NCBI GenBank assembly: GCA_028280575.1
Contig: JANQLN010000127.1
Coordinates: forward strand, 27,313-91,312
Reading direction: 5' to 3'
DNA length: 64,000 nucleotides
Origin: Clostridia bacterium
GTDB lineage: Bacteria; Bacillota; Clostridia; Acetivibrionales; STF1-152
Positions 31,117-40,556 of the stretch are shown here, piece by piece. A program made the translations under genes and the position numbers. Under the pieces are notes generated by a model, which saw nothing but the letters and a program-made list of their open reading frames with translations, searched no databases and was not told the DNA's origin. Within the stretch, counting starts at the first letter, position 1, and the number at the start of each line of letters is the position of its first letter.

Positions 31117-32025
31117 ATGCTCAAGCCAAACCCCTTTTGCACAAGTTTTGTTTATTCCGAAGCTATCGGATATGAAGAAGGAATTACACGCAGGGACCCC
31201 AGCCCAGTCATCAGGGTGGGAAAGCTCTATTATGTATGGTATTCCAAAGCAACGGCAGATGAGAGCGGCTACTATGCGTCGGTGTGGTATGCCACCTCCC
31301 CCGACGGGCATAAGTGGACGGAACAGGGAGAAGCCCTGGGAAAAGGAGGCTTTGGAGCCTGGGATGAAAACGGCGTTTTTACTCCCACAACGCTGGTAGC
31401 CGGCGGCCGGTTTTATTTGTTCTATACTGCCGTCCCCAGCCCCTTTGATAATGATAACGGGGGAATGGCCGCAACTCCTACGGCGATTGGGGTGGCGGCA
31501 GCCGATTCTCCGGAAGGCCCATGGGAAAAATATGATAAAAACCCTGTGCTGCTGCCCGGGGAAAAATGTGAATTTGACAGTCACCGTATAGACGATGCAT
31601 GTATCATAGTACGGAATAAAAAATACTGGCTGTATTACAAGGGCAGGCAGCTAGGTCTTACTCCCAGGGAAACCAAGATGGGAGTGGCAATTTCAGAAAA
31701 CCCCACAGGTCCCTATGTAAAATATGATTCAAACCCTGTTATAAGCAGCGGCCACGAGGTATGTGTCTGGCCCCATGGTACGGGTGTAGCCGCACTGGTT
31801 TCCCCTACAGGGCCGGAAGGCGGTACTGTCCAGTACAGCCAGGATGGGCTTCATTTTAAAGTGAAAGGGAAAATCAAGCCGCCGGCTGCTCCGGGGCCCT
31901 ACAGGCAGGACAATTACCAGGAGGGTTGGGGTCCGGGCATTGTCTGGGGAATATGCCACAATTTATCAAAGGACCGGCCATTCCTTATGAGGTTTGATTG
32001 CCGGTTTAAAAATGAAAAATCTTAA
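31117..32025 (+). CDS. Five-bladed beta-propeller glycoside hydrolase (GH43/GH117-like)
   Basis: The start is moved to MLKPNPF. Repeated blade signatures are present (RDPSPV..GKYYVWYS; WDENGVFTP…YLFYTA; SHRIDDACII…YWLYYKG). The exact family was not resolved by eye. Confidence 0.6.
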   Translation: MLKPNPFCTSFVYSEAIGYEEGITRRDPSPVIRVGKLYYVWYSKATADESGYYASVWYATSPDGHKWTEQGEALGKGGFGAWDENGVFTPTTLVAGGRFYLFYTAVPSPFDNDNGGMAATPTAIGVAAADSPEGPWEKYDKNPVLLPGEKCEFDSHRIDDACIIVRNKKYWLYYKGRQLGLTPRETKMGVAISENPTGPYVKYDSNPVISSGHEVCVWPHGTGVAALVSPTGPEGGTVQYSQDGLHFKVKGKIKPPAAPGPYRQDNYQEGWGPGIVWGICHNLSKDRPFLMRFDCRFKNEKS

Positions 32026-32111
32026 ATAGATATAAAATCCAATTATAGGTATAAAATATTTACAGTACGCAAAATATAATAACAATACAATATTTATGCC
32101 GGGAGGATGAA

Positions 32112-33014
32112 ATGAGAGAAAGAAGAAGGCAAGCTGCCGACATTGGCATAGCATATGATGCTTATGAACCGGCAGCTATTTTGCAGGCATTGGATAATAT
32201 AAGGGCTGCCGGCCTTGTAAAAAGCAGCGATGTGGTTGTAATAACTCCAAACTGGGTCCAGCAAAAGACACCTGACACAGCCGTAGTAGTCGGTCCGGAA
32301 AGCCTGAGGGAAATAATAAGGTTTGTTAAAAATCAAAATCCAAGGAGGATTGTCGTAGCTACGGGCTCAGGTCAGAAAGACACAGGTGAAATAATGTCAT
32401 CCATTGGCTTTGACAGGATAATCAGAGAAGAAGAAGTTGAATTTGCAGACCTTAACAAAGGTCCCTTTACAAAGGTTAAGCTCAATCATCATTCACCGTC
32501 GTCAACCATGCTTAATAAACTCTACAATGAAATGACTTTTTTGATTTCATTCACACAGCTTAAATACCACCAGGAAGCTACCGTATCCGCAGCAATTAAA
32601 AACATTGCACTCTCATGGCCCCCTGCTTCGGAGCACGGCCATCCCAAAAAGCTTTTGGGAATTCACGACGACCTTCACGGGTTCATAAGGGCAATGGCTG
32701 AAATAATACCGATAGACCTTTCCATTGTGAGCTTAAGCCCTGCCATGGTCGGTACGGGCCCTTCCGGCGGCGTCCCCGTAAGCTCCGGACTTGTAATATG
32801 CGGAACCGACCCAGTGGCAATTGATACAATAGGTGCCAGATATCTCGGATTCAAACCACAGGCAATCAGATATCTATTTGACTGTATAAATGATAATTTA
32901 GGTCTGGGAAAAACAGGCCTGATGAATGTTTACGGAATGAATCTTGAAGACTCGGAAAGAGTATTCAGTACGGCTGCATACAACAGGGAAGTAATCCTGG
33001 ACAAAGCAAAGTGA
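32112..33014 (+). CDS. DUF362 domain-containing protein
   Basis: 300 aa. VVVITPNWV…, KYHQEATVSAAIKNIA and ICGTDPVAIDTIGARYLG match the DUF362 pattern as I remember it. Confidence 0.65.
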   Translation: MRERRRQAADIGIAYDAYEPAAILQALDNIRAAGLVKSSDVVVITPNWVQQKTPDTAVVVGPESLREIIRFVKNQNPRRIVVATGSGQKDTGEIMSSIGFDRIIREEEVEFADLNKGPFTKVKLNHHSPSSTMLNKLYNEMTFLISFTQLKYHQEATVSAAIKNIALSWPPASEHGHPKKLLGIHDDLHGFIRAMAEIIPIDLSIVSLSPAMVGTGPSGGVPVSSGLVICGTDPVAIDTIGARYLGFKPQAIRYLFDCINDNLGLGKTGLMNVYGMNLEDSERVFSTAAYNREVILDKAK

Positions 33015-33276
33015 TAATTAACCCTGCTGTGCTAAAATATCATAAGAAAATATTTTTCTCCTCTATTGGGAAATCTTTAAATAGCTGCAAACCTAATAAG
33101 CTTTTTGCATTGAAGTTTAAAGGTTCTTCCTATACCTCACCTTATAGCTGGAATATTCTGAACTTCCTTCTATTTTGGAAAGACTATCTGGTATTCTTTT
33201 ATCCCAAATTTATATTTCTTTTCAGAACCTTTGAAAGAGCTGTTGCATATTTTTCGCCCCAGCCCTATTTTTCCTG

Positions 33277-33325
33277 TTGACAAAACTTTAACACTAGTGT
33301 ACTATTGTATTAGTGTACTAGTGTT
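33277..33325 (+). promoter_or_regulatory. Putative sigma-A promoter overlapped by a repeated operator for the GntR/YtrA regulator
   Basis: TTGACA (33277-33282), a 17-nt spacer, then TACTAT. The motif tagtgtact occurs twice within aacactagtgtactattgtattagtgtactagtgtt, with partial dyad symmetry. Confidence 0.4.
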
Positions 33326-33361
33326 ATTAAAGGCGGTGATATTATTATATTTGATACGAGT

Positions 33362-33697
33362 ATGCCGATATATTTACAGGTTGCGGACAATATTAAAAAG
33401 CAAATAATACTTGGAAAATATAAGCCCGGAGAAAGGCTTCCTTCCACCAAAGCCCTTGCAGTTTTGTACAATGTCAATCCAAATACGGCGGTACGAATTT
33501 ACCAGGAGCTTGAGAGCCAGGATATAACCTTTATCAAAAGAGGTCTGGGAACTTTTGTCACGGAGTCCGGGGAAGTTATTGAAGCTGTCCGGAAGGAGAT
33601 GGCAAATGCGGTAATTGACAAATTTATCGGTGAGATGGTTGAACTGGGATTTGGATTTGAGGAAATGCATCAATTTATAAAAGGAAGAGAGGTTTAA
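33362..33697 (+). CDS. GntR-family transcriptional regulator, YtrA subfamily (short effector tail)
   Basis: 111 aa. PIYLQVADNIKKQIILGKYKPGERLPSTKALAVLYNVNPNTAVRIYQELE is a GntR winged HTH. Confidence 0.85.
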   Translation: MPIYLQVADNIKKQIILGKYKPGERLPSTKALAVLYNVNPNTAVRIYQELESQDITFIKRGLGTFVTESGEVIEAVRKEMANAVIDKFIGEMVELGFGFEEMHQFIKGREV

Positions 33698-33703
33698 AAC
33701 ATT

Positions 33704-34399
33704 ATGGTAGTATTGAAAACTTCAAAGCTGTCCAAGCTCTTTGGCGGCAAATATGCTGTCAAAGAAGCAGATATAATGCTTGAGGCAGGTAAAATATATG
33801 GGCTGCTGGGCCCCAATGGAAGCGGTAAATCCACGTTGATGAAAATGGTTGCCGGCCTGTTCCATCCCCAAAATGGGAAAATCACCGTGCTGGATATACC
33901 GGCAGGTACCGAAACGAAAAAATATGTGGCCTTTATGAGCACCGAACAATTTTTTTACGGCTACATGACTATCAGGCAGGTAGGCGGATTCTATAATGAC
34001 TTTTTTGATTTTGATATGAAAAAATACGAAAGGCTTGCAAAGGGTATGGAGCTTGAAATGGATATGAAGGTCAGCTCCTTATCCTCCGGTATGGCCGCAA
34101 AGCTTAAAGTAGCCGCAACAATGTCGAGAAATGCAAGCATATATATGCTTGATGAGCCTTTAAACGGCATTGACCTGATTGCAAGGGAGGTAATCATTAC
34201 CTCAATAATAGAGCAGCTTAATGAAAACAATGTAATTTTGATTTCCAGCCATCTTATAAATGTTATGGAAAACATACTGGATGAGATTATTTTAATAAAA
34301 AACGGCTCAATAGTCTTTCGCGATGCAGCGGAAAATATACGTATGAAAAGGCAGAAATCAATAGTCGAAATATATAAGGAGGTGTTTTCAATTGCTTAA
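33704..34399 (+). CDS. ABC transporter ATP-binding protein
   Basis: Walker A GPNGSGKST, signature LSSGMAAK, Walker B IYMLDEPLNGID. Confidence 0.9.
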   Translation: MVVLKTSKLSKLFGGKYAVKEADIMLEAGKIYGLLGPNGSGKSTLMKMVAGLFHPQNGKITVLDIPAGTETKKYVAFMSTEQFFYGYMTIRQVGGFYNDFFDFDMKKYERLAKGMELEMDMKVSSLSSGMAAKLKVAATMSRNASIYMLDEPLNGIDLIAREVIITSIIEQLNENNVILISSHLINVMENILDEIILIKNGSIVFRDAAENIRMKRQKSIVEIYKEVFSIA

Positions 34400-35207
34400 A
34401 TTAATGAAATACGAAATACGCAGGCGTCTTCAAATAATCCTGATTGTATTAGCCGTAATGGCATTTATCGAAGGGCTTATTTTGTTTGGGCTGTACAGGG
34501 GCGGCCCATGGCTTCTTACCTCTTTCATATTGACAATATTGATGGCAATAGGTGTATATTTGTTTATTTTGTTTGACAGCATAAGGACATATTACATTGA
34601 CCTTAACAGAAATGAAGGCTATATGCTGTTCCTGACTCCAAACAGCGGTTACAGGATTATCGGCTCAAAAGCGCTTGTCAGCTTTTTGGAATTAGTGTTT
34701 TTTGTTCTTATTTTAGTATCTTTTTTATTAATAAACTTTTTTACTGCAAAAAATTTGCTCATAAATTCAAGCATGGAGGCTAAAGAGATGTATGATGCCA
34801 TTACCCAGGCATTCCAAATTTTTACTCCGTCCGTAGGCCATATTTTTTTACTATCCCTGACCACCGTACTGCAATGGTTCAGTATAATAATGATGGCCAC
34901 ACTTGCAATAACCCTTACAAAAACAATTTTATCCAATACCAGGCTCAGCTGGCTTATAAGCCTGGGGTTTTTTATAGCCATATACACAGGGCTCCAGTTT
35001 TTAGATATGGGAATCATAAGCATCTTCGGATTTATAAATGATATGAGTAACCTGGCAAATACCGCCGTTATTACAGAAAATGATTTCCCCACCATAAGCG
35101 GTATAATTTTTAAATACGTAACCATCATGACCGTTGTATATTCTGCTTATATCTCTATCTTCTATCTTATTTCAGGCAGGCTTGTAAGCAAGCGTATAAA
35201 TATTTGA
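34392..35207 (+). CDS. Polytopic membrane protein, probable permease partner of the ABC ATPase
   Basis: 271 aa with ~6 hydrophobic helices. It overlaps the ATPase gene by 8 nt. Confidence 0.6.
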   Translation: MLKLMKYEIRRRLQIILIVLAVMAFIEGLILFGLYRGGPWLLTSFILTILMAIGVYLFILFDSIRTYYIDLNRNEGYMLFLTPNSGYRIIGSKALVSFLELVFFVLILVSFLLINFFTAKNLLINSSMEAKEMYDAITQAFQIFTPSVGHIFLLSLTTVLQWFSIIMMATLAITLTKTILSNTRLSWLISLGFFIAIYTGLQFLDMGIISIFGFINDMSNLANTAVITENDFPTISGIIFKYVTIMTVVYSAYISIFYLISGRLVSKRINI

Positions 35208-35220
35208 CAGCCGCTTTAAA

Positions 35221-35266
35221 AGAGTCCGGGAAAAAAATCCAGGCATATGCTTTTTGCCCCGGACTC
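35221..35266. terminator. Hairpin between convergent genes
   Basis: agagtccggg (35221-35230) pairs with cccggactct (35257-35266). The loop is long and T-rich sequence follows on the plus strand. Confidence 0.5.
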
Positions 35267-35286
35267 TAAAATTTTCCCTTTTATTT

Positions 35287-36267
35287 CTACTCCTTCTGCC
35301 AGTCCTTTTGCAGGGTTATCCTGACGGCATATTCCCTTTCCAGGCTTGATTTGATTACCGTCAGCCTGTATTCCACTTCAGTGCCTGCCGGAATGTGAAA
35401 AGGCCTTTCATTACTAAAAACATCCGTCATGAATCTATGAATTACCCTGTTCTCATTCTTAATTTCTTCTGTTGTTTTCCATTCTCTGATGTCTTTTTTT
35501 TCAAAGCTTCCATCCGGCCTTTTTATTTCCTGGATATTAAGCTCCGGGAAGGTTATCATTTCTATCCTGTACTTATAATCGTCCGAATAATCATCAATGT
35601 TATCTATTGATATCTCATACCACACCTTGCCCAGATTTCCCATATTGGTAAGTATGCCAATTTCCGGCTCCACAAAGGGTATTATCCTTTTGCTTTCATC
35701 TATAAGCCTGGCTGCCATGGTAACCGCTTCCGCTCTTGTAGCATTTTCCTTGTAGCCGAAGCTTCCGTCGGGCCTTCCCGTTATGATGCCCTTGTTAAAT
35801 GCCTTTAACACAAATTCCCTGTAGCTATGTGAGGTATCGTTAAAATCTTTTATTAAAACTGACAATTCGGCAATATCGACGGGATATTTTTCATCCATGG
35901 CTCTAACAACCATACGTGCAATTTCACCCCTGGTTATATTCACCCTGACATCGTCAAATTCTCCCTTTTTAATATATCCCCTGGAAACAGCTTCATTTAT
36001 AAAATTATCGGCCCAATAGCCTGTTTCCGAATTTCCGGGATCAATTTTTAACGCCCTGAGCAGCAATGCGGTAAACTCTGCCCTTGTTATATTGTTGTCG
36101 GGCTTGAATGTTCCGTCCGGATAGCCATTTACAGCTCTAATGCTTACCAGATGCCTGATATGATTATTTGCCCAGTGTAAATCAATATCCGACAGTGCAA
36201 AATTAGCGGAAAACAAGCTATATAAAATTAATAGTACAACCATTATACTAAAACTGATTTTTTTCAC
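35287..36267 (-). CDS. S-layer homology (SLH) domain protein with uncharacterised C-terminal domain
   Basis: Signal peptide, then three SLH-like repeats (HWANNHIRHLVSIRAVNGYPDGTFKPDNNITRAEF; YWADNFINEAVSRGYIK…; …FNKGIITGRPDGSFGYKENATRAEA). The start is set at GTG 36267 (AAGGAG 8 nt upstream). Confidence 0.85.
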   Translation of the reverse strand: MKKISFSIMVVLLILYSLFSANFALSDIDLHWANNHIRHLVSIRAVNGYPDGTFKPDNNITRAEFTALLLRALKIDPGNSETGYWADNFINEAVSRGYIKKGEFDDVRVNITRGEIARMVVRAMDEKYPVDIAELSVLIKDFNDTSHSYREFVLKAFNKGIITGRPDGSFGYKENATRAEAVTMAARLIDESKRIIPFVEPEIGILTNMGNLGKVWYEISIDNIDDYSDDYKYRIEMITFPELNIQEIKRPDGSFEKKDIREWKTTEEIKNENRVIHRFMTDVFSNERPFHIPAGTEVEYRLTVIKSSLEREYAVRITLQKDWQKE

Positions 36268-36607
36268 GGGACTCACTCCTTTTTTGCTCTTACCGGAATA
36301 ATCCTGGTAATTTTATTACACATATTTTGATTTATACGCCATGTATGAAACACGGTGAAGCTGGCCGGATAACAGTTAAAATCTTTTCACACAATTATTT
36401 ATGCTCGATTCCAGATGCTGATCCTTTATGCTGCCGCCGGGTAAATTTTACTTCATAATCCCAAGCATTATGACATTTTAAATCCACTAAAACCTCTGTG
36501 GTATTTCAAAGGCCATAATGCAAGGATTAAAGTCGTTTCATATAGAAGGTGCATGGTTTTGAAATAAACATTATTCCAAAACATGTTATTGCCGTCAATG
36601 AAATATT

Positions 36608-36660
36608 CCGGCACTTACTTGTTCAGTCTTTTCTTTCACATTTATGAAAGTAAGTGCCGG
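36608..36660 (-). terminator. Possible terminator hairpin downstream of the vWA gene
   Basis: The 11-bp stem ccggcacttac/gtaagtgccgg has a 31-nt loop. A shorter hairpin cctgcg…cgcagg lies closer to the stop. There is no strong U-tract. Confidence 0.3.
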
Positions 36661-36733
36661 ATTACCCAATCTACGCCCTGCCCTGCGAAAATTCACCGCA
36701 GGCGGCTGACATAAAGTTTAGAGCTGATAGTGT

Positions 36734-39172
36734 CTAGTTTATATCTATTTCCGGATCCAATACCGTAATAGTTTTCGTGCCGTATATTTCCTTGCCGTCT
36801 TTCGTTTGCGCCCTTGCATTTACTATGGCAGAGCCAATTTCTTTTGCGGTAATGGCTCCTGTTGCACTGTCAACTTCCAGGACAGCTTCATCGGAGGAAG
36901 TCCATACCCATGGCGTCAATTCAATGTCAATTCCTGCAGGCTCCAAATCAACGGTCAATTCAGCGCTTTTCCACAACTCAAGCGTATCGTTTCCGTTTAT
37001 TACTATATTTACAGCCTTTACATTACAGGAATCTGAATATCTGCCCAGGAATTCTCCTTCTATCTGGCCGCCAGAGCTTATTTTGATTTCAAAAGAGGCA
37101 AAGCCGGCAATATCATAATTATTGCTTTCATCCGGATCGCCCATTGAAGCTATAAGGGGTACTGTTATTACAAATGACCCGTTATTGTTATTTATAAGCT
37201 CACTCATAACTGCTCCCGCATTATCGGCAACAGCCGGTTCGCTTGAAACTGTGTCACCTATTTTTATATTGTCACCGGAGCCGTAAATAATATTGTTCCG
37301 TAAAGTGTCATACCCGCTTCCCCCCAGGGAAATAGGCTGGTATACACCCTTTCCGCCGCTGCCGTCCTTTGACAGTACTATTTTTTCGCCAACGGCAAAG
37401 TCATCGTCTTCCAGAACCAAAGGCCTGACACCCATAATTCCGCTTACGGCATTCATATAAGTTGCCGTAATAGATGCTTCTCCGGGGCTTTCGGCTTTTA
37501 TCACACCAGACCCGTCAACGGTAACTATGGAATCCATACTTGATGTCCAGCTGAAGCTGCTCGATTCTCTTTCGGGAATGGTAACGGCATTTAGCTCGTA
37601 TTCCTCGCCGACCATCAATATGAGTTCATCAGGCAAGCCCGTAACTCCGTCTATACCGTCATATACATTTACGGTACATAATCCCGGAGCTCCCTTATAG
37701 TCTGAATCTTTAGGAGCGGCCTCAATATAAGCGTTCCCTGTCTCCAATGCTTTTACCCTGACCGACGAAACACCCGTGGATTCATCATAATCCGTTGATT
37801 CAATCTTTAATATACCTTCATTGGAAGAGGTCCATACAACATCTTTTTCATCCGCATTATCAGGCTGTACCTCAGCGGTTATATCAAACATCTGGCCTTT
37901 CTTTACATTCAAATATTGAGGCTCTACCACAAGGCTTGTTACAGGCTGTTTAACAACAACGGTTATTTCATCTTCAATGACAGCATCCTTTTCAAATTCA
38001 AAGGGGTCAGTATAAGAAACAGCCAGCTCATCAAGATTAAATACGCCCTTATTTTCATATTCAACGCTTATCTTGCCGTTCCAAGGAGTTACGGAATACT
38101 TTCCTGTAGATTCATTTCTTACAAGGGCCATATTTTCAATTTCTCCCGTTACCCTGTATGAACCGCCTTCAAGCACTTCAAGGTCAAATCCCTCTGGCAC
38201 ATCCTTAACCTTTACGCCTTCAGGGAATGTTTGTTCAAATTCCACATGCTTAATGGGGAAGCTGGATATAATCTGGTTTTTTATCTGGTTATTGTAAATA
38301 TCGTTTATATCCACAGATGATGTAGCCACATAGTAGTTGTTCCCGTTTTCAACCTCTGCCGCGCCGCAGGCCAGGGCAATGTTCTGAAGCTCATTGGATG
38401 TTCCCGTAGTAAATCCTATAATAAAGGGTGTAATGCTGTCGCCAGCTATCATTTTCCCTATTTCTACGGCATAATCGGTAGCCCTTTCTTTGTTATAGTA
38501 AAAATATCTGCCCCTTCCGCTGTTTGTTCTAAAAGCGGAAGTCGAATTTTTTTCAATAGTTGTGTAATAGTTAGGCTCTCCGTCAGTCATTATGATTATA
38601 TACTGTGCAGCCTCGCTGTCGTCATCCAGCATCCAGTAGCCCCTGCGCATCCCGTCACCGATATTGGTTGATCCGCCTTCGTCAATACCATTTACATATT
38701 CAATCAGATCCTCAACATCATCTTCATCCTTCATGTCCTTAAGGCCTGTGGGCCTGCCTGCCCTTCCAAAATACTCAACTATGCCTATCTTTGCCTTTTT
38801 ACCCTTGAAATTATTGATAAAGTTTACGGCACACTCCTTAACAACATCCATCCTGCTTTTGTTGCCTTCAAGCTTATTTTCCATACTTCCCGAACTATCA
38901 ATTACCAATACTATTTCCTTTTCTATCAGGTATTTCTCCTGAATTATTTCAGGCCGGATCTCAAATTCATCACCATGAATTGTGTAGCTTATATCCTGGA
39001 AATCTCCCACCAGCAGTGAGCTCTTATCCGGCTCCAAAACCCTTTTAACCCTCATATAATCATCAGACCTGTAATCCTCAATAGTACCGCTTAAACCAAA
39101 ACTGGCAGTATAAAAAAGATTAAACAGCAGTGATATAACTAAAACCAATGTCAAATATGATTTGACTTTCAT
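36734..39172 (-). CDS. Secreted von Willebrand factor A (vWA) domain protein with multiple bacterial Ig-like (Big_2) domains
   Basis: 812 aa with a Sec signal peptide and MIDAS motif DSSGS, plus downstream GGSTNIGDG and MTDGEPN. It has at least three Big_2-like repeats (…VVWTSSNEGILKIES…, …FSWTSSMDSIVTVDGSGVIKA…, …WVWTSSDEAVLEVDSATGAITA…). I saw no LPXTG, SLH or TM anchor. Confidence 0.85.
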   Translation of the reverse strand: MKVKSYLTLVLVISLLFNLFYTASFGLSGTIEDYRSDDYMRVKRVLEPDKSSLLVGDFQDISYTIHGDEFEIRPEIIQEKYLIEKEIVLVIDSSGSMENKLEGNKSRMDVVKECAVNFINNFKGKKAKIGIVEYFGRAGRPTGLKDMKDEDDVEDLIEYVNGIDEGGSTNIGDGMRRGYWMLDDDSEAAQYIIIMTDGEPNYYTTIEKNSTSAFRTNSGRGRYFYYNKERATDYAVEIGKMIAGDSITPFIIGFTTGTSNELQNIALACGAAEVENGNNYYVATSSVDINDIYNNQIKNQIISSFPIKHVEFEQTFPEGVKVKDVPEGFDLEVLEGGSYRVTGEIENMALVRNESTGKYSVTPWNGKISVEYENKGVFNLDELAVSYTDPFEFEKDAVIEDEITVVVKQPVTSLVVEPQYLNVKKGQMFDITAEVQPDNADEKDVVWTSSNEGILKIESTDYDESTGVSSVRVKALETGNAYIEAAPKDSDYKGAPGLCTVNVYDGIDGVTGLPDELILMVGEEYELNAVTIPERESSSFSWTSSMDSIVTVDGSGVIKAESPGEASITATYMNAVSGIMGVRPLVLEDDDFAVGEKIVLSKDGSGGKGVYQPISLGGSGYDTLRNNIIYGSGDNIKIGDTVSSEPAVADNAGAVMSELINNNNGSFVITVPLIASMGDPDESNNYDIAGFASFEIKISSGGQIEGEFLGRYSDSCNVKAVNIVINGNDTLELWKSAELTVDLEPAGIDIELTPWVWTSSDEAVLEVDSATGAITAKEIGSAIVNARAQTKDGKEIYGTKTITVLDPEIDIN

Positions 39173-39236
39173 AACTAACCCTCCTAAAATCCTTATTTGG
39201 CCAATTTTATATTAAAGACCATCCTTATGCTAAAAT

Positions 39237-40544
39237 TCAATGCAGCTTTTTACTTTCATTCAAAGTTATCCCGCTGATTTTCAACCTCCCTTCATTGCCG
39301 GCATCGCCGGAAAGAGTAACATTATAATTAAATCTGCATGTGCTTTCCACTCCTTTTATTGTTCCATCCTTTGTCATTACTTCTGTCTCAAATATAACAA
39401 AATATTTCTTTTTATTTTGTGTGTATGACAGGCAAGGTATTATTTCCAGCTTGCCGTATTTATCACTGCTAAAGCTTAACATATCTATCTGCAGGGGCAT
39501 TGAATCGTAGTCAAACCTTTCCTTGTATTCGTTTGTTATTTCCATAAGGTCGGAAAACCTTTTTTCCTCATCCATTTCAATTGTCTGGTCCAAAAATCCG
39601 CTAAATTCCAGCTGATCCTTTTCCCAGCAGGGATACATCAGGAGCATCCTTTTCCTGTCAAGGCTTTTAAGCCCGGTGAAAAAATCCAGGACCAGCTCCA
39701 TTTCCCTCTCATATACAATTCCATCTTCCTTGTTTACGTATTCATTGCTGCCCTCTCTTTTGTCAAAATTAATATACGGCAGAGCTTGTGCAAAATCATT
39801 GTTGAAAAGCAGCAGCCTGTCCTTAAGGGTTGAATGTGTATTTGCTTCCTTTACAGTTACAAGCTTGTAGATGCCGTCGATTTTCTCCAGCTCCACCTCA
39901 TAATTGAGGAGCATTCTGATGCGGTCCTCAACAATTTCTTCCTCTTCAGGTTCTTCCGGTCCTGCAGGCCTTTCCCCGTCCTCCGGCTCTTCAATTCGTA
40001 TGTATATTCCATGCTCGTCTTGTGTAAATTGACTTTCAAAGGCACCTGCAGGTATGCATTTGCCCAGTGCTTCGACCCTGACGGAATAATACACCGAGTC
40101 ATTGCTCTTTCCTAAAAAATCTGCGTCTATATTGGGCATTTCATCTTCCATATCCTTGTATTCCTTCATTTCATAGTCAATAACCGTCAAGCCGTTTATT
40201 TCAAAATACCTGGGAAAATGAATGCCTATTTCGGTATTGCCTTCTGCCAATTCCAGGGTTTTTTCCGAAATGAAATCCCTTATCCATGACGGAACATTTC
40301 CCATAGCAGTATATAAGCCATATTCTTCAATAGGAACCGAATACAGGCTTGAAAAATAATCATGTATCAGCTTTTTTATCCTGTTTTTTTCTTCATTTGA
40401 TATGACCTGTGGAATATTAACAACGGATTCCCCTGCATCTGCCGGTGGTTTACTTTCGCTTTCCTTCCCCGGACCGCAGCCTGCTGTTAAAAATAGAGCT
40501 GCTGCCAATATTGCCGCTGTCATCGTATTTCTAATACCCTTCAT
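39237..40544 (-). CDS. Lipoprotein of unknown function
   Basis: 435 aa with lipobox LTAGC, acidic tract PEEPEEEEIVED, and RBS GAGGTG. I recognise no family. Confidence 0.7.
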   Translation of the reverse strand: MKGIRNTMTAAILAAALFLTAGCGPGKESESKPPADAGESVVNIPQVISNEEKNRIKKLIHDYFSSLYSVPIEEYGLYTAMGNVPSWIRDFISEKTLELAEGNTEIGIHFPRYFEINGLTVIDYEMKEYKDMEDEMPNIDADFLGKSNDSVYYSVRVEALGKCIPAGAFESQFTQDEHGIYIRIEEPEDGERPAGPEEPEEEEIVEDRIRMLLNYEVELEKIDGIYKLVTVKEANTHSTLKDRLLLFNNDFAQALPYINFDKREGSNEYVNKEDGIVYEREMELVLDFFTGLKSLDRKRMLLMYPCWEKDQLEFSGFLDQTIEMDEEKRFSDLMEITNEYKERFDYDSMPLQIDMLSFSSDKYGKLEIIPCLSYTQNKKKYFVIFETEVMTKDGTIKGVESTCRFNYNVTLSGDAGNEGRLKISGITLNESKKLH

Positions 40545-40556
40545 ATTTTCACCTCA

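Noticed and set aside
33011-33280. 89-aa plus-strand ORF between DUF362 and the GntR gene
   Set aside because: It has no RBS and a low-complexity Phe/Lys/Ser-rich translation. It overlaps the predicted promoter region of the GntR operon.
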